Source of the DNA: an uncultured Acidobacteriota bacterium
GTDB taxonomy: Bacteria; Acidobacteriota; Terriglobia; Acidiferrales; UBA7541
Assembly (NCBI GenBank): GCA_963697575.1
Contig: CAVOOP010000009.1
Coordinates: 63,100-127,099 of the forward strand
Reading direction: 5' to 3'
Length of the DNA stretch: 64,000 bases
Position 1 is the stretch's first letter; each line of letters starts with the position of its first letter. Below, piece after piece: positions 47,664 to 58,496 of the stretch. The notes under the pieces were generated by a model. That model was not told where the DNA came from. It ran no database searches and saw only the letters and a list, made by a program, of their open reading frames with translations. Made by a program: the position numbers and the translations under genes.

Positions 47664-48093
47664 ATGTCACCCCCGCCTAATCTCGTCGCCCTCGCCCGCG
47701 CCATCGCGTCGCAGCACGCGCTCGACCCGGCGCTCGTCTGCGCCATCGTCGAGCAGGAATCCTCCTGGGACACGCACGCCATCCGCTACGAACCCGCTTT
47801 CCGCGCGCACTATGTCGCGCCGCTCGGGCTCTCGCCTACCGAAGAAGTCGCGCGCTCAATTTCCTGGGGTCTGATGCAGGTGATGGGACAATCCGCCCGC
47901 GAGCGCGGTTTCAACGGCAAATTTCTGAGCGCTTTGTGTGATCCGTCCAACGGACTCGCGATAGGATGCGCCGTCCTTGCATGCAAAACTCGCGCAAGCC
48001 TCGGGCGACATCCCGCGCGCCCTCGCGCTCTGGAACGGCGGATCAAACCCAAGCTATCCTTCCGAAGTCCTCGCCCGCCTGGCAAATTATTAA
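47664..48093 (+). CDS. Lytic transglycosylase (SLT-domain) endolysin; 1 frameshift near 47985
   Basis: LDPALVCAIVEQESSWDTHAIRYEP...SWGLMQVMG. C-terminus in the shifted frame: LHAKLAQASGDIPRALALWNGGSNPSYPSEVLARLANY, with the stop at 48091-48093. Confidence 0.8.
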
Positions 48094-48312
48094 ATACGGT
48101 AATCGAGAAAAGGGAATCAAAAGCAGTTGCCTTTTCGTGCGCGATTCCTCGCTATGTCAGGTTCGGGTCTTCGCGACCATCAAGCGTTCCGATCGTGAAG
48201 TTCGCTCCTGAAGCGCCTTAAACTAATGACTCGCAGCAATGCAGCCGGCCGGCATTTACGTCGTATCCTTCGATTCGCATCTTCCCAACAGTTTCGCCTC
48301 TGAGGAAAGGTG

Positions 48313-48510
48313 ATGATTTCAGCGTGTCAGGAATTGCAGGATACGTTGCGTCCTCTAAAGATCGCTCTGGGTCATAGCTCGGCCGCAAAAAGGAGTGCTG
48401 CGGCCAGCACCATCCTGCGCCTATATGCATTCCTCGATCATCGATCTGCCCCGGCCCCATCGCAATTCCCGGAACATCCCGGACGTCTTCTTCCGGGATG
48501 CGCCGACTAA
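48313..48510 (+). CDS. Hypothetical small protein (66 aa)
   Basis: GAGGAAAGG upstream of GTG/ATG 48310/48313. No family recognised. A 102-aa ORF on the opposite strand overlaps it. Confidence 0.25.
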   Translation: MISACQELQDTLRPLKIALGHSSAAKRSAAASTILRLYAFLDHRSAPAPSQFPEHPGRLLPGCAD

Positions 48511-48587
48511 GTCGCTTTCGAACCACCGTCCGCGTAGCGCCGGCTTCCGGCCAATCCGTTCACCGTGTAAGTAACAGGAGCAAGCAA

Positions 48588-49467
48588 ATGACCCGCCGCA
48601 CAATCGAACTCTTCGCGTTTTTGGCAGCGATTCTCATCGCAGCACTGGCGTTTCACGCCTGGCTCGCGTCTCACGACGAGCAACAGCGTCTCCAATCGAC
48701 CCTGGCCGCGCAAAAGCAACTGATCGACGCAGCCGACGCCCGCGAACGCACGCGCAATGCCTCGCTGAACGATACCCTCGCTCAAATCGCGAAACTCAAG
48801 CGCGCGACGCAAACACCCGAGCAAATATTGCGCACTCTGCCGAATTATCTGCCGCTTCCGCAACCCATCACCCTGGTAAATACATCCAGCGACCCCGTTC
48901 GCGAAGCGTCGAAAATCTCTCGAGACCCCCAGGGAGTCTGAAGCCCCAGACGGCTCTGAGAGCCTTTCATCCAGTCGATCGGTTTCACCGGGCTCGGCTG
49001 AAACACCCAACTCAAATTCCGCGCAAAAGTCTTCGGCCGCTCGGCTTGGCTCAAGCGGCGCGCCCTGCAAAAAAGCGAACGAGTGCGCACAACAAACACT
49101 CACCGCAGGAGCCACTTTGCAGATGCCGTTGAAAGAGCCCAGAGGACAAAACGTTCAGGGTGCAAAACTGAATTCCCAGTCGCCGCTGCCTTGTGCAAAT
49201 TCGGCGGATTGCGTCGCCCAGATTCCCACCGCAGACCTGAAGCCCCTCTACAATTATGTCCAGGACTGCCGCGCCTGCCAGACCGAACTAGCCACAGCAA
49301 AACAAAACGCCGCAGACGCCGCCGCCAAACTGGCCGCCCTCACCCGCGAGCGCGATGCCGCCATTACGGCCGCCAAAGGAGGCAGCATCTGGCGCCGCCT
49401 GCGCCGCAACGCCCTGTGGTTCGCCGTGGGCGCAGCCGCAGCCTATATCGCAAGAACGCGCCCGTAG
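48588..49467 (+). CDS. Spanin-like lysis protein (N-terminal TM, coiled coil, C-terminal hydrophobic segment); 1 frameshift near 48930
   Basis: AGGAG upstream of ATG 48588. ELFAFLAAILIAALAFHAW. Coiled coil QQRLQSTLAAQKQLIDAADARE. Second half in the frame of ORF 49117..49467 (…CQTELATAKQNAADAAAKLAALTRERDAA…ALWFAVGAAAAYIA). Confidence 0.5.
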
Positions 49468-49656
49468 CCCCCCGTGAAATAAGTTATGGACTTCCGCTAA
49501 TGAATATTATGTTTGCATGGGCCTAGGGCGAGTGCGGAAAGATTGACAGAAATGGTGGGAAGCATTTAGGGTTGGGATGTGCTAAGGTAACGGGTTTGAT
49601 TGCTGAGACTTGTGAGTCTTCGGGCTGGAAATTTGCCCGGGGAGAAACGTGAAATC

Positions 49657-51083
49657 ATGAAGAGTTCTTACAGCGGTGTGGCGGTTCCTTCGGATGGCAA
49701 GGCAATTGTGTACAGTGACGGCGTGTTTCGGGTGCCGGACCGGCCGGTAATTCCGTTCATCGAGGGCGATGGCACCGGGCGGGACATCTGGAAGGCGTCG
49801 CGGCGGGTATTTGACGCCGCTGTCGAGAAGGCTTACGGCGGAAAGCGGAAGATCGCCTGGCTGGAGGTGTATGCCGGGGAAAAGGCATTCAACGAATTCA
49901 AGGAATGGCTTCCTCAGGATACGGTCGATGCGATTCGCGATTTCCGCGTGGCGATCAAGGGGCCTCTGACGACTCCGGTGGGCGGCGGGATACGGTCGCT
50001 GAACGTGACGCTGCGGCAGATTCTTGATTTGTACGCTTGCGTGCGGCCGGTGCGCTATTTCGAAGGCGTTCCTTCGCCCGTGAAGAATCCCGAGCGCATG
50101 AACGTGGTGATCTTCCGCGAAAATACCGAAGACGTGTACGCCGGGATCGAATGGAAATCCGGCACGCCGGAAGTGAAGAAGCTGATCGACTTTTTGAATA
50201 ACGAGATGATGAAGGGCACCTCGAAGCGGATTCGCGAGGACTCCGGCGTGGGCATCAAGCCGATTTCTCCCACGGGCACCAAGCGGCTGGTGCGGCGCGC
50301 GATCCAGCATGCGATCGACAACGATCGCAAGGTGGTGACGCTGGTGCACAAGGGCAACATCATGAAGTTCACCGAAGGCGCTTTCCGCGACTGGGGATAT
50401 GAACTGGCCACCCAGGAGTTCCGCGACACAGGTGGTCACCGAGCGCGAGAGCTGGATTCTCGACAACAAGGACAAGGACGGCAGCCTCTCGGTCGAAAAG
50501 AACGCGGCGATGATCGAGCCGGGGCTCGAGCAGGCGACCGAGGAGTTCCGCAAAGCAATTTGCGCGGAGGTGAAGCAGGTGCTCGATGCGATTTACGCGA
50601 CGCACGGCCAGGGTCAATGGAAGCAGAAGATCATGGTGAACGACCGGATCGCGGATTCCGTGTTCCAGCAGGTGCTCACGCGCGCGGACGAATATCAGGT
50701 GTTCGCGACGCCCAATTTGAATGGCGATTATCTGTCCGACGCCTGCGCGGCGCAGGTGGGCGGACTGGGAATCGCTCCCGGGCGCAAATATCGGCGACGG
50801 CTATGGCGTGTTCGAGGCGACGCACGGCACTGCGCCGAAATATGCGGACAAGGACGTGATCAATCCCGAGTTCGGTGATGCTTTCGGGCGTGATGATGTT
50901 CGATTTCCTCGGATGGAAGGAGGCGGCGCGCTGATCGAGGACGGAATCGCGCGCACGATTCAGCAGAAGCGGGTCACCTACGATCTGGAGCGCCTGATGC
51001 CGGGGGCGAAGAAGCTGAAGACTTCGGAGTTTGCCGGGGCGATCATCGAGAACATGCAGGCGACGGTGGCGGCGGCGGGCTGA
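49657..51083 (+). CDS. icd: NADP-dependent isocitrate dehydrogenase; about 4 frameshifts (about 50428, 50785, 50865, 50930)
   Basis: [67 protein letters not shown]. Pieces lie in ORFs 49600, 50399 and 50721. Confidence 0.9.
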
Positions 51084-51362
51084 AACATAGGGCGGGGAAG
51101 CAAAGGACGCAGGGGAGGCAAAGGAGGCGGAGGAAATAGACGTCCGGCGCCCGAGTGGACCTCCTTTTGCGTCGGGAACGGACGCTTTGAAGCTCGAAGA
51201 GCGAGATTCATCGCTCAGCAATGGAGAACCGCTACTTCGCTCCGACTTAGAGTGACCGCAAGGGCGGAGATTTTCGCAGTCAGCTCATAACAGCTTACAG
51301 CCGTATCGATTGCGGCTGAAACTTCTGCCGGCGGGACGCCGGCGCAACAAGGAGACGTGCGA

Positions 51363-52302
<940 letters not shown>

Positions 52303-52429
52303 GGCACCCGGAAAAAGAAGCGTTCAATCTCGCCCAAGCGCTGAGGGAAATGCAGGTCCCTCAAATCCTCCGGGATGACTCTTTGAGTTTTGAGTCGGAG
52401 AGTTGTACGGCAGCGCTTGCGCCGGGGGA

Positions 52430-52478
52430 ATGAGCGAAGTCAAAGACCCGACCCTTACAGTCGAGGGTTGGGCACTCG
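52430..52478 (+). repeat. REP-A copy with extended 5' arm
   Basis: GCCGGGGGAATGAGCGAAGTCAAAGACCCGACCCTTACAGTCGAGGGTTGGGCACTCGG. The same extended form occurs at 53598-53650. Confidence 0.8.
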
Positions 52479-52937
52479 GCATCGAGGTGAGGGGTCTGCG
52501 AAATTGACTTTGATGTTTAAAGGCGGCGGCTACGGACGTACCTTTGGAGGCGCAACAGGGGTTCGTCTGCGGCATCACTACTGGACGGGCACAAACGATC
52601 TGCCGAGGTCCTCTGTGCCGCCACCAAATGGCGGACTTGAAAAGAAGCCGGGCCCATGGAAGCGTTTCGTTAACTGGTGCAAATGGGTCTTGATTGGCGG
52701 CAGGTGAAGTGTTTTAAGCACAGAGGTCCGCTGCTATTTTCAGGTGCTCTTGGGGAATGGAGCCAAGCAACTAATTCCCATTTGCGCTTCCATCCGGTTG
52801 AGGGCTGAGCGCACCGAAACTTGCGATCTTCTGTCACCGACGCCCGCTATTTACGATCCTGCAACGTAATTGCTTGACATGAAATGCCGCGCGGCTTGAT
52901 CTGCTAGGATTTTCTTCAGGGGTTTCATCCACTGACA

Positions 52938-53561
52938 ATGGAACAGTCCAGGCGTAATAATGCCGCGGCGCGCGCGGACTTGGATAAGCCAGGCGCCGAT
53001 ACCGTCTCGCATCTGCTGACGCTCGATCTTTCCCGGGCGGAAAGCCTGGCCGCGATGCTGGCGCATAGCCGCGCCTCTCAGGTGGTCGAGCTCTCCGACC
53101 TGGTTGCGGGAATGTATCTCTACGATTGGGACCGCCTGGCGAGGTATTGGGAACAGGGGGATCACGAGAAGGTTGAGTCGTTGTTGAGGACGATGTGCCG
53201 GATCAGTCCGGAACGATGGAACTACTGGATTCAGTTGTATGACAAGAAGCGGCGCGTGGGAGAAAAAGGCCTCAGTTCCCTGCCGTTGCTGCGAAGGTTT
53301 CGTAAGGAGGCCCCTCCCGATCCGCCGCCGGGACACTCCGCCGACCTGACTGCCATACTGAAAATTGCGGAAGGACTGGCGCCGTTTCGCGGCAATTCCG
53401 GCGGCCGGAACCTGCCGATACTGACGAGCGAATGCGTCCTGCTGTGCATCGTCCGAAGCCGGCGAAGCGAGATCAGCCGCAGACTGGCCGCGAGTGGAGT
53501 GAAGATGGTGGAGCTGGAGCGCGATGCACTGTCTTCGAGACGGGCGCGGCGGGAGGATTGA
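52938..53561 (+). CDS. Clp N-terminal-domain-like protein (two Clp_N-type repeats; tentative)
   Basis: Intact 207-aa ORF. VSHLLTLDLSRAESLAAMLAH and LTSECVLLCIVRSRRSEISRRLAASGVKMVELE resemble Clp_N repeats by eye. Confidence 0.45.
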   Translation: MEQSRRNNAAARADLDKPGADTVSHLLTLDLSRAESLAAMLAHSRASQVVELSDLVAGMYLYDWDRLARYWEQGDHEKVESLLRTMCRISPERWNYWIQLYDKKRRVGEKGLSSLPLLRRFRKEAPPDPPPGHSADLTAILKIAEGLAPFRGNSGGRNLPILTSECVLLCIVRSRRSEISRRLAASGVKMVELERDALSSRRARRED

Positions 53562-53597
53562 AAAGGCTGCGTGAGTCCGGCAGTTCTTGCGCCGGGG

Positions 53598-53650
53598 AAT
53601 GAGCGAAGTCAAAGGCCCGACCCTTAAAATCGAAGGGTCGGGCACCCCGG
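53598..53650 (+). repeat. REP-A copy with extended 5' arm
   Basis: GCCGGGGAATGAGCGAAGTCAAAGGCCCGACCCTTAAAATCGAAGGGTCGGGCACCCCGG. Confidence 0.85.
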
Positions 53651-53780
53651 CTTCCTCCAAGGAATAAACCGAAGAGTGTGCCGTACAGTAACGCAAGATT
53701 CGTAATCCGCACACGAAGAGGGATTCTTTCGGGCCACAATGCGGCCCTCAGAATGACGGCTTAACTGCAACTGCAACCGC

Positions 53781-54090
53781 CAACAGCAACAGCAACAGCA
53801 ACAGCAACAAAATGCAGATCCCTCACTTCGTTCGGGATGACACGTTTGGGTTGATAAGCGGAGGGGTCACTTCGGACGGGATGACACGTTGATTTTTAGC
53901 CGAGACGTCGCTTCGTTTGGGATGACACCTTGAGTCTCACCGACGGGGTGGAACTCAGTAGCAAGCAAAACAGGAGGTATCCTTCGCTGCGCTCTCAGGA
54001 TGACAGCGAAAGTGAAGAAAAACTCAGAAGAAACGCAGAAGCAGGTCCCTCACCGTGCGCTCTTCGCGCGCACGACTCAGGATGACACGG
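53781..54090 (+). repeat. (CAA/CAG)n microsatellite followed by five degenerate REP-C-type hairpins
   Basis: CAACAGCAACAGCAACAGCAACAGCAACAA, then ...GGGATGACACG at about 53834, 53877 and 53919, and ...CAGGATGACA at about 53996 and 54078. Spacing is irregular (about 42-82 bp). Confidence 0.8.
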
Positions 54091-54132
54091 AAAGAAAGAG
54101 GAACCAGAAGCGGAGTTACGCATGCGGGTGCC

Positions 54133-55706
54133 TCAGAGGATCATTTTGAAGTGCGGCCACAACACGGCCAGCGGGGCGCTGGGCTTGTGGCATAGATACA
54201 CCGGGACGTTCTGTTCGACCACCATGGCGTGCGGGTTGCCGACGGTGGCTACTTGGCGGACGTCTCCGAAAAGCTTCACTAATTCGGCGGAGCGTTCACC
54301 GAACAGGATCGCGCATTTCCCGTATAGTCCCTGGGGCCCCAATAGAAGTAGCTATTGTGACCGCTGATCGATTTAGGAAGTCCGAGCTTCGGGCCATAAT
54401 AATCGATCGCGCCTGCCTCGCCGTAGTTCCCTGCCACAATCGCGCACCCGGCCCGTTCTTGAACCGGAAGGCTGTGGTACACGCCTGAAATCGCCGCGGC
54501 CATGTCGTCCCAGCCGAACATCTCTGCGTATAGCTGAGGCAGCGGGACAGTGGGGTCGCGCTCCGTCTTCACGCGGAACATGGGCAGGCCTTCCGAGTAA
54601 TGCAGGAATGCGTTCACGGAAAGCAGCGGCACGCCGAAAGGAACCGTTGCCAGCCCGGCCGCGACTACCAGGGCGGGATAGCCGACGGCCAGCCAGCGAC
54701 GGGCGGGCCGGAGAGAGAAGGCTTCGAAGGCCACGCCCCCGGCGGCCATCAGGAGCGGATAAATCGGCAGCGGGTAATACGTCTTGCCATTAAAGATGAC
54801 AAATATCGCGAGAAGGATCAGGTACGTCCAGCCGAGAAAGCGAAAGCGCTTCCCTTCCCTCGAGGCGAAATACCATACGAGGCCGCCGGCCCAAATCGGC
54901 AGCTCAACCGGATGCAGGAAAAGAATCTGCTCGTAGATGAAACGGAGCGGAGAGACGGCTTCGTTCTTGAAACGCTGGGCGTTGCGTACGACTTCGATCT
55001 GCGGCCAGCCGTGGCGCGCTTCCCAAATCAGGTTCGGAAGAAAGATGCAGACGGCAACCAGCGCACCCAGCCAGATCCACTTCGAGCGGAAAAGCCGGTA
55101 TTCTCCCGAGAGGAGCAAGCCCACGGCGAGCGCAAAGCCGAAAACGAGCGTGGAATGCTTGTTTTCAAGCGCCACTCCGGCGACCAGTCCGAACAGGAGC
55201 CAAAGGCGAGGTGAGGCGCCCTTCACGATCCGCACCACGATCAGGGTGCATACGAGCCAGAAGAGCGGCTCGAAGGCGTTCATGGAGAGGAAGCTATCGA
55301 AGGCAAGATTCGCTGGAGCAAGCAGGATCGCTGCCGCCGCGAAACATTGCGCGAAGCGTCCGCCGCCGAGTTCCCGCGCGAGGATGCCGGTAAGCCAGAC
55401 GACCGCGGCCCCGGCCAGAATCGGGAACAGGCGCATCGAAACCATGGACGGCCCAAAAAGATGCCGAGCCAGCCACGCCACGAACGCGATCAGCGGCGGC
55501 TGATCGACGTATCCCCAGGCGAGATGCTCGCCGCACGCCATGTAGTAGAGCTCGTCGCGGAAGAAGCCATAGTGATTGATGCCGGCAAACTGGATGAGCA
55601 GCTTGGCAGCCGCAAGGCCTGCCAGCAGGGCCGTGGAGCGGACGACGGAGTGCCGCCGGGACTCCGAGGCCGCTTCCCGGGGGCCGATTGTTTTGGTCGC
55701 GCTCAT
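54133..55706 (-). CDS. GT39/GT83-type (PMT/ArnT-like) membrane glycosyltransferase; 1 frameshift near 54320
   Basis: FFRDELYYMACGEHLAWGYVDQPPLIAFVAW followed by many TM segments. The C-terminus continues in ORF 54133..54342. Confidence 0.75.
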
Positions 55707-55821
55707 GTGGGGGAGAATCTTGAGATGGTGTTGCTTTGACGCTGAGAGAAGCGCTTCCGGAGAGAGCCGGGATGGTTGCTCCAGCTCTCTCGCGGAGGCG
55801 GAAGTTCTTCAGATTCGCCGA

Positions 55822-56523
55822 TTACGGGGTGCCCGAGTGAGCGGCGGGCGGGACGATGGTGGCGGTTTCGATGCGATCGATGTTGGGAAAGTTTTTGTCG
55901 AGATAGGCTTTCCCCTCGTTGGTAATCGAACCCTGATCGGGGCGCTCGCCGTAGCCGCTGTAGAGTTTCTGTACCACGTCCATGCCGGAGGTCACCTGGC
56001 CAAATGCGGCAAAGCCCTGTCCGTCGAGGCCGGCGTTATTCCCCAGGTTGATGAAGAGCTGGGTGGTGCGGGTATTGGGGCCGGCGGTGGCAAAGGTCAG
56101 CGTGCCGGGGCGGTTGCTCTGCGTGACGGGATCATCTTTTATATTGGCGTTCTTCCAGGCGCGATTGACGGCGGGATCAGCGCCCAGCCCAAACTGCACG
56201 ATGAAGCCCGGCACGATGCGGAAGAATGCGGCGTCATTGTAGAAGCCGTGCTTCACGAGGTTGTAGAAACGGTCTGCGCCGATGGGCGCCCAGGAGCGCG
56301 TGACGTGCACGACGATGTCGCCCTTGGTGGTGGTAAATTTCACGTCGTAGGTATCAGGAGCCTTGGCGGTAAGAGTTGCAGGTTTCAGCAAAGCTGGATC
56401 GGTCGTCATATGTGTGGTTGTCCTCGGGTTTGCCGTTGCGGCGGGTTGGGCTTGCCCCGCGAATGCGGCGAGGGGCAGCAGGTTCAGCGTAAAAACAAAA
56501 AGCCGGGTGAAACGTCTCATCAA
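55822..56523 (-). CDS. Secreted cyclophilin-type peptidyl-prolyl isomerase
   Basis: Intact ORF with a signal peptide. FYNLVKHGFYNDAAFFRIVPGFIVQFG ... TTQLFINL ... FGQVTSGMDVV. Confidence 0.85.
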   Translation of the reverse strand: MMRRFTRLFVFTLNLLPLAAFAGQAQPAATANPRTTTHMTTDPALLKPATLTAKAPDTYDVKFTTTKGDIVVHVTRSWAPIGADRFYNLVKHGFYNDAAFFRIVPGFIVQFGLGADPAVNRAWKNANIKDDPVTQSNRPGTLTFATAGPNTRTTQLFINLGNNAGLDGQGFAAFGQVTSGMDVVQKLYSGYGERPDQGSITNEGKAYLDKNFPNIDRIETATIVPPAAHSGTP

Positions 56524-57739
56524 ATTCCCTCCAATTTGTGCGCTACGGCCTCCACATCTTGCATGAGGCGGATCGTATTGCCACCAAGAATTTTCCGCAC
56601 GTCGCTTTCGGAATAACCTCTTTCGAGCAATCCGCTGGTGATGCGCGGTAAATACGAAGCGTCGTCCAAGCCGTACGGCATGTCGGCGCCATCGAAATCG
56701 GATCCCAGCCCCACGTGATCGGCTCCGACTAGTTTAACGGCGTGGTCGATATGGTCAAGGATTTCCGTCCATTCGACACGCGGCAGCTTGCCCTCGTCGA
56801 CGAACTCGCGAACCAGTTTGCCGATCTCGATGAAGTGGCAGGCGTCGTTATCGCCGCAACGCTCCCTGGCGCGGGCTTCCATTTCGTCGTCGAAGTGCGG
56901 ATTGGCGTTTTTGGCGGCGCGGAATTCGTTGCTGAGAAAGCCGACGTGGAAATTGATCTGGACGACTCCGCCCTTCGCCGCGAGGTCTTTCATCATTTGG
57001 TCCGTGAGATTGCGTGCAGCATCGCACAGGGCGCGGCAGGAGGAGTGCGTGGCGATCACAGGCGCGGCGCTCGCGGCAAGCACGTCGTAAAACGTTTTGT
57101 CGGAAACGTGCGAGATGTCGACCATCATGCCGAGACGGTTCATATCACGGATCACGCGCTTTCCGAAATCCGTCGAGGCCATTGTGAGCGGGCTGGTCGG
57201 TTGAGGCGTCTGCCCATTCGACGTTCAGCACGTGGGTAAGAGTCATGTAGCTGGCGCCGAGAGCATGGAATCGGGCGAGCACGGCGAGATCGCTATCGAT
57301 CAGGTGGCCGCCTTCGATCCCCATCAGGATGGCAATGCGGCCGGTGGCGCGCGCGTGCAAAATATCGGCTGCCGTTCTGGCGAGCATAAGGTCCTGAGGG
57401 TGAAGCTCGACCTGGCGGTGGACAGCGGCGATCTGATCCAGCGCCCGGCGCACGGCCGGCGGCCCGGTGATCGTGCCGGGCGTCCAGATTGCGAAGAAAA
57501 CGGCGTCCACGCCACCTTGTCGCAGGCGCGGAATGTCCACCGAGCCGTCGGCGTCGGCGGTGCCAAGGTCAAACTCGCTGGCGAGCAGTCGCTGCGTGGT
57601 ATCGACGTGGGTATCGATCACAAGCGAGCTGAAGTGGAGTTCCCTGCGCTTCGGACGAAATCGCCAGGAGCGGAGGAGATCAGGCCGCGGCAGAAATCCT
57701 CCACAGCCGGTGTGAGATGAAGCGCATCTTTTGAGTCAT
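56520..57739 (-). CDS. Membrane dipeptidase (peptidase M19 family); at least 2 frameshifts
   Basis: VIDTHVDT, GGVDAVFFAIW, GIEGGH and YMTLTH in ORF 57145..57621. MMVDISHVSDKTF, IATHSS and LGSDFDG in ORF 56520..57182. ATGA overlap with the PPIase start. Confidence 0.8.
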
Positions 57740-57901
57740 TCTCCAACTTGCATTCCGGGATGTCCGGCAGGCACCGTATCGTAACATGCCGCACGGAGGG
57801 GTGCGTCCAAGGGCCGCGGGCGGGGGCGAGTGCAGGTAACTTGCGCGATATAGGTGCGTATAGTACCCGCTTGATCCCGCTTAATCGGCAATCATAGCGA
57901 T

Positions 57902-58475
57902 ATGATGGAATTGCGCGAGCGTGAGAACACCTTGCCGACGGCTACGGACAATCTGACGGAGCTGAAAAAGTGGGTGGCGGAGCTTTCCCGCAAGACGAAT
58001 GATGAGGAAGGCGTCCGGCTGAACCGCGCCGTGGAACTGATCGCGCGGACTTTCGAAGTCCAACTGCACGAGGTGGCCATTCTGGGGCTGACCCCCGATG
58101 GCCGGTCTCTCCGGTTTCTCGCGCCGGACAGCCTGCGAGCCGTAGGACAGATTCCGTTATCGAGCGGGAGCGCGCTGGCCGCGCGGACGATGCGCGAGCT
58201 TGCGCCCGGAAATCGTGAACCATTTTCACGTGGTTCCGCATGCTTCTGTATTCGAAGGAGTGCCGGTCGCCGAAGACCAGCGGGCCGATCCGATACAAAA
58301 AATCATGAGCTCGCCGATCATGCTGGGGAGCAAGGCACTGGGGGTTCTGCAGGTATCCCGCAAGGGAAAGAGCCCGGTTGAGGCGGGTCCGGATTTTACG
58401 CACCTCCAGCTTCGCAGCCTGAAAACCATCTCCGATGCGCTTGCTCCTTGCCTGCTGCTCTGCGCCAAGGAATAA
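57902..58475 (+). CDS. GAF-domain protein (tentative); 1 frameshift near 58205
   Basis: FEVQLHEVAILGLTPDGRSLRFLAP..., then the frame of ORF 58200..58475 (…KIMSSPIMLGSKALGVLQVSRKG). Confidence 0.5.
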
Positions 58476-58496
58476 TAATGTCCAGGGACCCTGGAC

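Larger units (their letters stand above)
14899..49467 (+). mobile_element. Prophage-like region (packaging, head, virion and lysis genes only), heavily interrupted; no integrase seen
   Basis: terL, portal-like, scaffold-like, capsid, large virion proteins, Hint protein, SLT endolysin and spanin-like protein are all on the plus strand. Host-type genes and REP families are interspersed. The region is bounded by host genes (lipoprotein at 14.8 kb, icd at 49.66 kb). The boundaries are approximate. Confidence 0.6.

Noticed and set aside
53815-54090. A CRISPR array
   Set aside because: The repeats are degenerate and of unequal length, the spacing is irregular (about 42-82 bp), they belong to the dispersed REP-C family, and no cas genes are present in the window.
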